DNA from: a bacterium
GTDB taxonomy: Bacteria > Zhuqueibacterota > Zhuqueibacteria > Oceanimicrobiales > Oceanimicrobiaceae
Direction of reading: 5' to 3'
NCBI GenBank assembly: GCA_046757525.1
Contig: JBHHYI010000016.1
Location: forward strand, 1 to 39,535
Length of the DNA: 39,535 bases
Positions 1-9,248 of this stretch are shown here, piece by piece. Under the pieces are notes generated by a model. That model saw nothing but the letters and a program-made list of their open reading frames with translations, was not told the origin of the DNA and made no database searches. Positions within the stretch are counted from its first letter, which is position 1, and every line of letters begins with the position of its first letter. Made by a program: the position numbers and the translations under genes.

Positions 1-279
1 CATTTTTGGCGTTGGGCGCTGTTGTTAGCTTGATCTGGGGTAACTTTCTACCCATGTAAGATTCCGGTATCTGCCTGTTACCTTGTTGCAAGTATATATG
101 AAATGGGTCACGTTCCACCCATTTAAGATTAAGGACACACACCGTTTTAAACAAAGCAACGGAGACACCTGCTGCAACGCAGAGTCGTTGGGGAAAGAGA
201 AAATCGAGAGTCTCCCGGTTCTCTTTCCCCATACTTTATGGCATGGACGATCCTGGACAAACATCTTGGCGAACAAAAC

Positions 280-1767
280 ATGCATTCTAAACCAATATTC
301 AGATTGTTAACCCTCATGGTTGTGTTGGGGACAAATCTCAAATTAGGGTATGCTCTGCACGGTGACAACGTTGTTACCATCTCTGCTTCTGAGATGAAAT
401 TTTCTCGCAACGTTACCATCGAGGGTGACCACGTCGTCCTGTGGGGGCTTGGAGCCAGGTATGCGTGGGTGGCTTATCCCTTAAGCTCTGTGCCCTTTTC
501 AACCTTCACCGTCGAGGTCGAGGTGAGTGCGGACACCGCTGCCAACCGCTGGCCGATGCTCGGGTTAGCCTTCAACGATTCCAGCAATCTGCAAATCGAG
601 AAGCAACTCACTTCAGTGGCGTGGCAAAACCTGTCCCTCGGACAATTTACCCCTGGCGAAGACGACTCCGTCATCTATTTTTCTTTTACCAACGATTATT
701 ACAATCCCAAAAAGAATCAGGATTTAAATTTGAGAATGCGCAAGGTCACATTCCAGGAAGTGAAGCTGGAAATACCTGCTTCTGAGATGAAATCCTCTCG
801 CAACGTCACCATCGAAGGTGACCACGTCGTTCTGTGGGGGCTTGGAGCCCAGTATGCGTGGGTGGCTTATCCCTTAAGCTCTGTGCCTTTTTCAACCTTC
901 ACCGTCGTAGTCGAGGTGAGTGCGGACACCGCTGCCAACCGCTGGCCGATGCTCGGGTTAGCCTTCAACGATTCCAGCAATCTGCAAATCGAGAAGCAAC
1001 TCACTTCAGTGGCGTGGCAAAACCTGTCCCTCGGACAATTTACCCCTGGCGAAGACGACTCCGTCATCTATTTTTCTTTTACCAACGATTATTACAATCC
1101 CGAAAAGAATCAGGATCTAAATTTGAGAATGCGCAAGGTCACATTCCTGGATGGAGACATGGAACTTGAACGCGTCCAACGAGTCCGCGTGAGCTGGAAC
1201 CCAAATGTTGAGCCAGATTTGGCTGGATATCGAGTCTATTATGGCACCTCAAGCAAGAACTATTCTAATCATATCGATGTAGGCCCGGTCACAGAAATGG
1301 AACTCAGTTTGGAGCCTCATGATCGCTACTATTTTGCGGTGCAGGCCTACGACCTGGCTTTGAATGAAAGTTTGCTGTCTGAAGAAGTAAAATATGAATT
1401 TGAAGACGAAACAGAGGAAGCCGAGACTGATGAAGATGTCTACGGCGCGAGAGATGCTCCACACGTGTCGTCTGCTTTGATTCTAACCAAAGACTTTGCA
1501 CTGGCACAGAACTATCCCAATCCATTCAACCTGGGCACCACAATCCATTACCAGCTACCCACACAGTCGGCCGTGCGCATCGAGATTTTTAACCTGTCAG
1601 GACAGAAGATACGCTCATTGGTTAATGAGGTGCAAGCGGATGGAATTCACAGCGTGCATTGGGATGGGCTAAACAATGCTGGTTTGCCCGTGGCATCCGG
1701 CGTCTACCTGTACCGGATGCAAGCGCAAAGCTTTGTGCAAACGCACAAAATGCTGCTGCTGAAATAA
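280..1767 (+). CDS. Secreted protein: signal peptide, two tandem CBM60-like domains, FN3 domain, C-terminal FlgD-Ig/Por-secretion-like tail
   Basis: Hydrophobic N-terminus after ATG 280 (ORF track starts at 238). Repeats carry WPMLGL and FTNDYYNP..QDLNL motifs. FN3 motif SWNPNVEPDLAGYRVYYGTSS. Tail QNYPNPFN...WDG...SGVYLY...KMLLLK. Confidence 0.8.
   Translation: MHSKPIFRLLTLMVVLGTNLKLGYALHGDNVVTISASEMKFSRNVTIEGDHVVLWGLGARYAWVAYPLSSVPFSTFTVEVEVSADTAANRWPMLGLAFNDSSNLQIEKQLTSVAWQNLSLGQFTPGEDDSVIYFSFTNDYYNPKKNQDLNLRMRKVTFQEVKLEIPASEMKSSRNVTIEGDHVVLWGLGAQYAWVAYPLSSVPFSTFTVVVEVSADTAANRWPMLGLAFNDSSNLQIEKQLTSVAWQNLSLGQFTPGEDDSVIYFSFTNDYYNPEKNQDLNLRMRKVTFLDGDMELERVQRVRVSWNPNVEPDLAGYRVYYGTSSKNYSNHIDVGPVTEMELSLEPHDRYYFAVQAYDLALNESLLSEEVKYEFEDETEEAETDEDVYGARDAPHVSSALILTKDFALAQNYPNPFNLGTTIHYQLPTQSAVRIEIFNLSGQKIRSLVNEVQADGIHSVHWDGLNNAGLPVASGVYLYRMQAQSFVQTHKMLLLK
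383..1147 (+). repeat. Intragenic tandem duplication, ~372-bp copies at 383-754 and 776-1147 (period 393 bp, 131 codons)
   Basis: Direct comparison shows only about a dozen substitutions between the copies. Confidence 0.95.
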
Positions 1768-1806
1768 GGACAAATGTCCGGGCTGCCACTTTTAGGGAGG
1801 TATCGC

Positions 1807-2262
1807 ATGAACAGTTTACGAGACGAAAGAGGCTTGACCTTAATCGAGGTCATGCTGGTGGTCATTATCCTTGGCGTATTGGTGGCGTTGGTCGTGCCGC
1901 AGTTTTCCGGTCGTACGGAGCAGGCACGCCGGGCCGCCGCTCAGGCAGATATCAACGCTAATATTGCCACAGCCCTGGAAATGTACTTCCTGGACAACGG
2001 TGTTTATCCTACGACCGAGCAGGGATTGGAAGCTTTGCTCAGATCACCTGAGGCGCCCCCGATTCCCGTCTCCTGGCAGGGGCCATACTTGAAGAAAAAC
2101 ACCAGCCTGAAAGACCCCTGGAAACTCCCGTACGTGTATGTTTCTCCCGGAGAGCATAATCCCGAGAGTTACGATCTGTACTCAACGGGGCCCGACCGGC
2201 AAAAAGGGGGCGGTGATGACATCCTTAATTGGGAGAACGATGAGACTGGCGATTTGCAATGA
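1807..2262 (+). CDS. gspG: Type II secretion major pseudopilin GspG
   Basis: RBS GGGAGG at 1795-1800; G|LTLIE prepilin motif; YPTTEQGLEAL, W.GPYL, DPW, GGGDDI signatures. Confidence 0.95.
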   Translation: MNSLRDERGLTLIEVMLVVIILGVLVALVVPQFSGRTEQARRAAAQADINANIATALEMYFLDNGVYPTTEQGLEALLRSPEAPPIPVSWQGPYLKKNTSLKDPWKLPYVYVSPGEHNPESYDLYSTGPDRQKGGGDDILNWENDETGDLQ

Positions 2263-2734
2263 GTGCGGCCTGACATTGATCGAGCTGTGCCTGACTCTGC
2301 TCGTGCTTGGTTTGATCGTCGCTGCGGCGACCCCGCAATTCAACCGTTCCTACCAGGATTTGAAACTCAAGTCCGAAGCGGAGCGCCTTGTGGACGACCT
2401 CAGGATGATTCACAGACGTGCCGTGCTGTCGGGTCGACCCTGGCGTTTCAGAGTATGGGAAAACGGCAAAGGGTATGAGCTACAGCAGCAGAGCGTGCAG
2501 CGATCGCCGGATCAGCCGGCCTGGTTGTGGCCAGGCAGATGGCAGGTGCGCGTACGCCATCCCCTGCCCGATGAGTTCGAATTGAATCCCAACGGCACGG
2601 TTTTGGAATGGACACCCGCTGGCGATGTTCCACACAGCGTTTTAGACATCTCCGGCGCAAATGGGAAGAAGTATGAGATTCAAATTTCACAAAACAAAAT
2701 TGCCTTGCTTCCAGCCACCCCGACCCAACCATGA
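2240..2734 (+). CDS. gspH: Minor pseudopilin, GspH/FimT-like
   Basis: G|LTLIE followed by a hydrophobic helix; overlaps the gspG end; position in cluster. Confidence 0.8.
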   Translation: MRLAICNECGLTLIELCLTLLVLGLIVAAATPQFNRSYQDLKLKSEAERLVDDLRMIHRRAVLSGRPWRFRVWENGKGYELQQQSVQRSPDQPAWLWPGRWQVRVRHPLPDEFELNPNGTVLEWTPAGDVPHSVLDISGANGKKYEIQISQNKIALLPATPTQP

Positions 2735-3179
2735 CCAGGGGTACGTGTTGTTCGAGGCTTTGGTTTCCGTCATTATTTTGTCAGTCGGACTCGTGGCAGG
2801 CGTAGGCATGTTGAAGAAATCCATCCAACTGGTTCAGCTTCGAAAACATTACCTGACGCCCGCTCGGGAGCTGGCGGAATCAATCTTAGTCGAGCTGGAA
2901 TTGGGTGAATACGGTAGACCACCGCAGCAAATACTCGCAGCGCCCGACGCCAAGAACCCGTTCCACTACCAGGTCGTCACTTCGGATTGGCAGGGTGCCG
3001 GCGGTTTGAAACAGGTGCAAGTCATCGTTTCCTGGTCTCACCGTGGGAAGCCAGGCTCTTTTTCTTTGACTACGCTGTTGCCAGCAACCAATGGCCTTGA
3101 GAAGCGCCTGGCCAGCTTACAGAGGCGGGTTGCCTTCAATGCTGTGACATTAGCACAACGCGCAAGTCATCCCGAGTAG
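2673..3179 (+). CDS. Minor pseudopilin, GspI/PilV-like
   Basis: G|YVLFE plus hydrophobic helix; LKQVQVIVSW C-terminal strand; start uncertain (2661 or 2673). Confidence 0.7.
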   Translation: MRFKFHKTKLPCFQPPRPNHDQGYVLFEALVSVIILSVGLVAGVGMLKKSIQLVQLRKHYLTPARELAESILVELELGEYGRPPQQILAAPDAKNPFHYQVVTSDWQGAGGLKQVQVIVSWSHRGKPGSFSLTTLLPATNGLEKRLASLQRRVAFNAVTLAQRASHPE

Positions 3180-3660
3180 GTCACTGTTTCTCGAGTGACC
3201 GTATCCAGGGGTGACGGGCCTCGCCCTTCGATACGTCCCGACCAAAAACCGGTCAGGACTACTCAGGACGACTACCTTTGTGCTCAACCTTAGAAACGGT
3301 GACCTTCTTTGAGAAGGTTACCGTTTTGTAACACAACAAAAGAATTGTTGCTTTAACTGTCGGAAACGCTTGTGCAATCATGACGATTGCGTTACGTACA
3401 ACAGAGCGTTTCCCAAAAGCACCGTGAGACTGTCCAAGAAGTCCACTTTTTCTGTCATTCCCGCGAAAGCAGGAATGACAAATCAGGGTCCTTTCTCAAG
3501 TGTTTGGACAGCTCCACTCCAAAAGGTGTTTCTGAGAAAAACCGTACACGCTTTGCGTGCTTTTATATGAAAGAAATGCCCTCGCAAACGAGACGTTTGC
3601 GTCACGAAGCGCAGGCGTTTCTGAGAAGCCACCGATGACCGCGACTGCGCGAACGTTTCA
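3165..3660 (-). repeat. Composite palindromic intergenic element, copy A (reverse orientation)
   Basis: Reverse complement shares modules with 8696-8979 and 11777-12410; 3294-3326 is the exact reverse complement of 12287-12319. Confidence 0.85.
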
Positions 3661-3695
3661 CGAAAGTTTAACGATTATTGAAAGTAGAGTTTGAA

Positions 3696-4091
3696 ATGAG
3701 CAAAGAAAAAGAAAAGCTAACCGTTTTGTTAGCTACCGACGATGAGGAGTTCGAAGAAAGTCTGCTTGAGATTCTCGACGAAAACAAGTATGCGGTGGTC
3801 GTGGAGCGAAGCTACCCGTCAGCTTTTCACTACTTGTTGAACCACGAGATCGACTTGTTGATATTCGATCCCACGCTCGAAGAGTTGGGTGGGTTGTGTA
3901 CTTTACAGTTTATCAAAGAGATCCGGCCAAAGATTCCCATCGTCGTGATTACAGATGAGTCCTCCTATGATGCCGGTGCCGCCATTGCACGGATTGGGGC
4001 CTACTTTCGCCTTGGGAAACCAATAGACATGCAAATCGCTGAGGAAGTCGTCAAGAGTGTCGCCAGGCAACTGGACGATACGCCATTGTAG
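3696..4091 (+). CDS. Single-domain response regulator (receiver)
   Basis: LLATDD, DLLIFD phospho-Asp, PIVVIT, KP motif; no output domain. Confidence 0.85.
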   Translation: MSKEKEKLTVLLATDDEEFEESLLEILDENKYAVVVERSYPSAFHYLLNHEIDLLIFDPTLEELGGLCTLQFIKEIRPKIPIVVITDESSYDAGAAIARIGAYFRLGKPIDMQIAEEVVKSVARQLDDTPL

Positions 4092-4127
4092 GACGGCAGA
4101 CTCAGGTAATTCAAGGGGTCGCAGCGA

Positions 4128-4763
4128 ATGAAAACAACTTCTTTGCACACAAACTATGATTCGCACCGTGCTGCACCTTCTCCCCTTCTGGCAGGAGAAG
4201 ACGGTTTCACCCTGGTGGAGCTCCTGGTCGCCCTGACCATCTTTTCAATCGTCGGGCTAGCGGCTTTCACCCTCTTGCAAAGAACTGTGTTTGCACGGGC
4301 GGTGACTATGAGACAAGCCCAGGAACTCGCTGAAACGCGTCACGCGCTGTCAACTTTAGTGACTGATTTGTCTAACGCCCGCGCTTTTTCGCTGAGTCTG
4401 TTCAAAGGGTTTCCCGATACCGTGGGTTTTGCCATGCTGAGCGATTTGGCCGATGACGCCAGTGTCCTGCGACACGCTATGTACTTTCTGCAAGAGAGTC
4501 CGGATCATGAATTTAAGCAGTTGGTGCGCGCCACTTCGGACTTTCACGGTCATGAAGTGCAGACCACGTTGCTACCCAACGTAGCGACGATGCAGCTAAG
4601 CTATCTTCGCAAACAAACAAAAGGAACCCGCTGGGTCGATGATTGGGGGCGAAGCACAGATTTACCTTTGGCGGTTCGGGTGCGTCTCGATCTGCCAGCA
4701 AGAAAGGCACCGTTACAGATCGTTTGTCCCATACGAAGCCATGAGAAAATCAGCAAAAAATAG
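4128..4763 (+). CDS. gspJ: Minor pseudopilin GspJ-like
   Basis: G|FTLVE motif; W...W..LPLAVRVRL C-terminus typical of GspJ. Confidence 0.85.
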   Translation: MKTTSLHTNYDSHRAAPSPLLAGEDGFTLVELLVALTIFSIVGLAAFTLLQRTVFARAVTMRQAQELAETRHALSTLVTDLSNARAFSLSLFKGFPDTVGFAMLSDLADDASVLRHAMYFLQESPDHEFKQLVRATSDFHGHEVQTTLLPNVATMQLSYLRKQTKGTRWVDDWGRSTDLPLAVRVRLDLPARKAPLQIVCPIRSHEKISKK

Positions 4764-5781
4764 ATTGTCCGTCAAGAGATTGCAAGAGCACGGCAGCCTG
4801 ACCATCATGTCTTTGTGGATGTTGGCATTGTTGAGCTTGTTGGCCATGGGGCTGATTCGCAATGTGCTCATGGAGTTTCGTTTGAACACCTACGAGCTGC
4901 GGGCCGAGGAAGCGACCTGGTTGGCACGGGCCGGGATTCAGCAGGCCATAGCCGTGCTCAAGGAGGATTTGGTCGCAGATTCGCTGCAATTTCATGACGC
5001 TTTTCCCGAGCCCTGGGCACACAATCCTGCTTTGTTCAAAAGAGTGGCGTGTGGTAATGGATTCTTTGATGTGGCCTACGAAACCAACCTGGAGCAAGTG
5101 GGACGGAGTTATCTTTTTGGCATCTGTGACGAAAACCGCAAGATTAATGTCAACAGAGTTCCTAAGGAAATTCTTGGACGCCTTCCCGGCATGAACCAGG
5201 AGAAATCAGCCGCACTGCTCGACTGGCGGGATCAGGATAGCAAGCCAAGAAACGGCGGTGCTGAAGACGGCTATTACCAGAGTCTGCTGCATCCCTATCG
5301 GTGCAAAAATGCCGACTTTGATTTCGTCGAGGAGCTGGCGCTGGTGCGAGGCTTTTCTTCGGAACAGGTGCGCGTCCTTGCCCCCCTGGTGACTGTGTTC
5401 GGGGATGGCAGCGTCAACATCAACACGGCTCCGGCCGAGGTGCTGGAAATCTTAGGTCTCAACAAAAAACTGGCCCGCAGAATAGTTACGGCCAGATGGG
5501 GGCCGGACGGCATTCCCTTTACCGCAGATGATCTGGTGATCAAAAGCCCGGATGAGATAGTGACCTCGTTGACACAATGGACCAAACTCAAGCCGGTAGA
5601 ACAATTGTTGTTGCATAGATTGGTAGGCGAACACCTGCTTGACGTGCGCTCCACGCATTTCACGATCGAATCCGTCGGAGTGACACTGAACGGCGAGGTG
5701 AGAAGGAAAGTGTCGGCCACGGTCGAGCGCCTCAGTCCAAAGGAAGTCAATGTGGTGTCCTGGAAGGAAATGGGAACTTGA
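4741..5781 (+). CDS. gspK: Minor pseudopilin GspK
   Basis: G|SLTIMSLW without Glu5; DENRKININ-like, DWRDQD, EELALVRG and NINTA motifs. Confidence 0.9.
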   Translation: MRKSAKNRLSVKRLQEHGSLTIMSLWMLALLSLLAMGLIRNVLMEFRLNTYELRAEEATWLARAGIQQAIAVLKEDLVADSLQFHDAFPEPWAHNPALFKRVACGNGFFDVAYETNLEQVGRSYLFGICDENRKINVNRVPKEILGRLPGMNQEKSAALLDWRDQDSKPRNGGAEDGYYQSLLHPYRCKNADFDFVEELALVRGFSSEQVRVLAPLVTVFGDGSVNINTAPAEVLEILGLNKKLARRIVTARWGPDGIPFTADDLVIKSPDEIVTSLTQWTKLKPVEQLLLHRLVGEHLLDVRSTHFTIESVGVTLNGEVRRKVSATVERLSPKEVNVVSWKEMGT

Positions 5782-5859
5782 GCAAACTATTGTCATGCCA
5801 ATCGAAATTCATGTGCCAAAAGCATTTTGATCTTGAGGATTATTAAACATACCTAAAAC

Positions 5860-7452
5860 ATGGAAAGCGTTGTGGAAAACCTCGAAGTAAGATCGAGGCG
5901 CGATTCACTCATCTCTATCTCCAGCAGGGCCAGAGCTCTCGCGCAGGAGTTGCTGCCCAACTCCAGACCATTCATTGGGATTGAGTTCGATCGCAGTCTC
6001 ATTAAACTCATTTTGGTTGGCGGCCGTGGCGCCAAAGAACACGTGCGCGATCTGCAAGTAAAATTTCTTTCTTCGGAAAGAGAAGAAGAAATCAGGATGG
6101 TCCTACAAGAGGTCTTGAGCGCCATGGGAATCAAGCGCGGCATGTATGCCACCATTTCCATCCCGCGACACAGCGTGCATGCGAAAGTGCTGCGCCTCCC
6201 AAGCCATGATCGCGAGGAACTGCGCAAGATGGTGACCCTGCACATTCAAAAGGATATTCCGCTGCCCCTGCAAGAGCTGGTGTGTGATTTCCGTGTCGTT
6301 GCGCGGGAGGATGAAGGGTACGCACGAGTCATGGTGGTTTTCGCAAGGAGGCGTGAGGTAGAGCACTACTTGGAGCTGTGCACGAGTGTGGGACTGAAAG
6401 TAGAGGCAATTCGTCTAAACATCGAGGCAACCTACCAGTGTTTTCTGCAATCGTTGCACAGACATCCTGAATTCGATGCCAAATGCATGGCGCTGGTCGA
6501 CATCGATTTTTCCGCTACCAATGTTCTGATCATGGATCGAGGCGACCTGTTATATTGTCGCAGTGTAGGCAAGGGTGTTGGAGACCTGATGGAACGCATG
6601 GTGGGACCGTTTCGCAATGCTGAACACGAAACCTGGATCGATGAGCTTTCCCGTGGCGTGGCAGATACCATCGCCATTTTTCAAAAGAATGCCTTGGGAG
6701 GCCCGGTCGAATATATCGCATTGACGGGCTGGATGCCACAGGTCAACAAATTGACTGAAATCGTCATGCACAATCTCAATGTTCCAGTCTGCTGGTTTGA
6801 CCCTGTGGTCCCTTCGGGACCTTTAACTGACGCCAGCGATGGCAAGGCCCTGCACCACTGGTTTTCTATTTCGACCCTCCTGGGCATGGCTCAGGGGCGT
6901 CACCAAAACCTCATGGATCTTCGGCCTGCCGAAGAACGCCGGCAACAGTACCGAGGGGATTTGATGCGCAAGGGCCTGAGTACCGGGCTTCATGTTGTTT
7001 GCCTGCTGTTACTCTTATTTGCTACCGTTAAATTTGCTTTGCACGAACGCAATCTGGCAGTAACCCGGCTGCAAGAAAAGTTCGTTGCCTTGAAGCCAAA
7101 AGTCGAGTACATCAACAAATGGGATAAAGTTCGGCAGGCGCTGCAGAAGCAACTGGGCACACCAGAACACACCTCGGCTGTGTTGGGCCAACTGTTGGGT
7201 CAATTGCCGCCAGGCATTGAACTCAATTCGTTGACTTTTAAGCGCGGCGAAAAGTTGGTCGTGCGCGGAGTGGGCGGCAGTTTTGCGGATGTCTTCTACC
7301 TGCCAACCGTATTAGCCGGTCAGCCCTCTTTCGACAAAGCAATCATCACATCTGCGGATCGGCAAGAAAGGCAAGGTGCAAAAGCAGTGGTCCAATTTGA
7401 AATGAGAATCCTATTACATGTAGAAAAAAATCGAGAGGCAACAGTTAGGTGA
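5860..7452 (+). CDS. PilM-like actin-fold domain fused to TM and PilN-like domain (GspL equivalent)
   Basis: IGIEFD...IKLI, ALVDID..ATNVLI and IALTG actin-like motifs, a single TM, then a ferredoxin-like C-terminus. Confidence 0.8.
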   Translation: MESVVENLEVRSRRDSLISISSRARALAQELLPNSRPFIGIEFDRSLIKLILVGGRGAKEHVRDLQVKFLSSEREEEIRMVLQEVLSAMGIKRGMYATISIPRHSVHAKVLRLPSHDREELRKMVTLHIQKDIPLPLQELVCDFRVVAREDEGYARVMVVFARRREVEHYLELCTSVGLKVEAIRLNIEATYQCFLQSLHRHPEFDAKCMALVDIDFSATNVLIMDRGDLLYCRSVGKGVGDLMERMVGPFRNAEHETWIDELSRGVADTIAIFQKNALGGPVEYIALTGWMPQVNKLTEIVMHNLNVPVCWFDPVVPSGPLTDASDGKALHHWFSISTLLGMAQGRHQNLMDLRPAEERRQQYRGDLMRKGLSTGLHVVCLLLLLFATVKFALHERNLAVTRLQEKFVALKPKVEYINKWDKVRQALQKQLGTPEHTSAVLGQLLGQLPPGIELNSLTFKRGEKLVVRGVGGSFADVFYLPTVLAGQPSFDKAIITSADRQERQGAKAVVQFEMRILLHVEKNREATVR

Positions 7453-7458
7453 GCCTTC

Positions 7459-8010
7459 ATGATGAAAAGACAACTAACCATTAGGGAAAAGACATTAGCC
7501 ACATTGGCTGCGGTCGCCCTCGGGCTCTTTTTGCTCATGCAACTGTTCGTGAGACCGTTAATCGATGAATGGCAGGCGACTCAGTCTACCCTCACCACCA
7601 TGCGCGCAAAATACTTAAACGCTTTGAAGATCGTACGGTTTGCTCAAGGTGTCGGCGAGAAACAACGGACCGTGGGAAGAAAAGCAACGGATCACGACCA
7701 GATTACGGCGCTGCTGCGCGACATCGAAACCGCCGCAAACGACCGCGTGTTGATTCGCCGCTTCCAGCCTCTTCGGGTTGGCAACAACGACAACCGTTCG
7801 AGCCACACACGGCGAGGCCGGAAGATGGTAAGGAGTTTACAGGTTCAAATTGAATGTTTGGGAAAACTGGTAGATTTGATGGCCTTCTTTGAGAAAATGG
7901 AGGCCGGGGAAAGTCTTACCAGGATCAAGCACTTTTATTTAACCTCTGAAGGACGTGACAACGGACGGCTGCAGTGTCAGCTCATCGTCGTCCGGTTGTT
8001 GACTTCGTGA
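7459..8010 (+). CDS. PilO/GspM-like alignment subunit
   Basis: LTIREK then N-terminal TM, coiled coil and G...DL..FF..ME C-terminus; position after pilMN. Confidence 0.75.
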   Translation: MMKRQLTIREKTLATLAAVALGLFLLMQLFVRPLIDEWQATQSTLTTMRAKYLNALKIVRFAQGVGEKQRTVGRKATDHDQITALLRDIETAANDRVLIRRFQPLRVGNNDNRSSHTRRGRKMVRSLQVQIECLGKLVDLMAFFEKMEAGESLTRIKHFYLTSEGRDNGRLQCQLIVVRLLTS

Positions 8011-8023
8011 GAAGGGAACGCTG

Positions 8024-8671
8024 ATGAAAAACCGTTTAAGCAAGTTCCAGTTCAAAGCCCCGGCCTCACGTCGCAATGGACGACACCAGGCACTCCTGGT
8101 GCCACGGCAAGAGGAGGAAAAGTCTTCTCTGAAAAAGCGATTGTGGGAGGGAACGAAACGCTTGCGGTTCCGCAAACCAGCCTGGTGTACACGTAAAGCG
8201 TGGAAAAAGGCGCCTCTGACCACCATGAACCGCCTTTTGTCGACTGTGGTCATCGTGTTAGCGGTGGGGGCGCCGTTGTTCCTTTGGTACGATGCTTCCA
8301 GGATTGCTGACCAATTCCGCCTGCCAGACCCGCAAAACTCTCCAACCTTGCGGCGAGAGGGAAAGATTGTGAGAGTTAGCAAATCGTATCTCACCGTGGC
8401 AGCCAGGCGCCGCTATTTCCGAACGGAGGTGGCTCCATCCTCGGAACCGGTGACCGTAAGCGCCGCCGAGATGCCCGGTCTCGCACAACGCTATTCCTTG
8501 TTAGGTGTGCTCATGGGCGAGGAACCACAGGCCATTGTGCGCGAAAACGACACCAATACCTCGCTTTTCCTGTCCAAGGGGCAACGCATCAACGGCTATT
8601 TGGTGGAGCAAATATTAGAAGGAAAAATCATTCTTCTGCAGGACGGCCAGCGAATTGAGTTGAGGATGTAA
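8024..8671 (+). CDS. GspC/PilP-like protein (TM plus HR domain, no PDZ)
   Basis: TM segment, then LLGVLMGEEPQAIV...GQRINGYLVEQI...IIL...G.RIEL; start uncertain. Confidence 0.7.
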   Translation: MKNRLSKFQFKAPASRRNGRHQALLVPRQEEEKSSLKKRLWEGTKRLRFRKPAWCTRKAWKKAPLTTMNRLLSTVVIVLAVGAPLFLWYDASRIADQFRLPDPQNSPTLRREGKIVRVSKSYLTVAARRRYFRTEVAPSSEPVTVSAAEMPGLAQRYSLLGVLMGEEPQAIVRENDTNTSLFLSKGQRINGYLVEQILEGKIILLQDGQRIELRM

Positions 8672-8695
8672 CCGTTGCGATAATGATTCTTTCAT

Positions 8696-9101
8696 GAAAC
8701 GCTCTGTTGGACGTAACGCAATCGTCTCGGTTGCGTCAGGCGTTTCCGACATTTAAAGCAATCCGGTTGCACCGGATTGTGGAAGCTCTTAGGAAATGCT
8801 CCTCTGGAACGGAATGACAGTTGTTTTTCTTTGAGTACACAAGTAGTCGTCCTGAGTAGTCCCGACCGGTTCTTTGGTCGGGACGAATCGAGGGGCGACG
8901 GCCGTCACCCCTCGATTCGGTCGCTTAAGAAGCAGCGACCTACTCGGGATGACTCACAACTTGCTCTTTTGGGAAACGCCCCTTGTTCGTTTCTTACGAA
9001 TAAAACGACCCACTCGGGTCGTCGAGTGCTATGTGGCACGTTGGGCTACAACGGACGCCGGAGCGTCCTGTGTTCGTTCCCACGCAGAGCATGGGAACGA
9101 G
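8696..9101 (+). repeat. Composite palindromic intergenic element, copy B, plus a REP-like doublet at 9053-9101
   Basis: 8696-8799 and 8843-8954 match modules of copies A and C; hairpins GGACGC-CGGA-GCGTCC and CGTTCCCA...TGGGAACG. Confidence 0.8.
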
Positions 9102-9248
9102 GGCGTGGTAGCGGCACAGAGCGCGGCAACGAGGACACCGTTGAGACAAGAGGAGAAAATCATGGCTAACCGTCCGCTTTGCCTGGCCTCTCGCCAGGTA
9201 ATCAACTAAGCTGCAATTAAGAATCACTTAACCTTGGATACCAACATT

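Noticed and set aside
38..83. GGGTA-N6-TACCC palindrome as an activator site for the first gene
   Set aside because: No convincing -24/-12 promoter follows and the upstream context is cut off.
383..1147. DGR or phase-variation cassette in the tandem repeat
   Set aside because: Substitutions are mixed and often synonymous; this is an ordinary in-frame domain duplication.
8777..9227. ORFs of 77-130 aa between gspC-like and gspD (also 3370-3638 and 12132-12482)
   Set aside because: They run through palindromic repeats and show no recognisable protein motifs.
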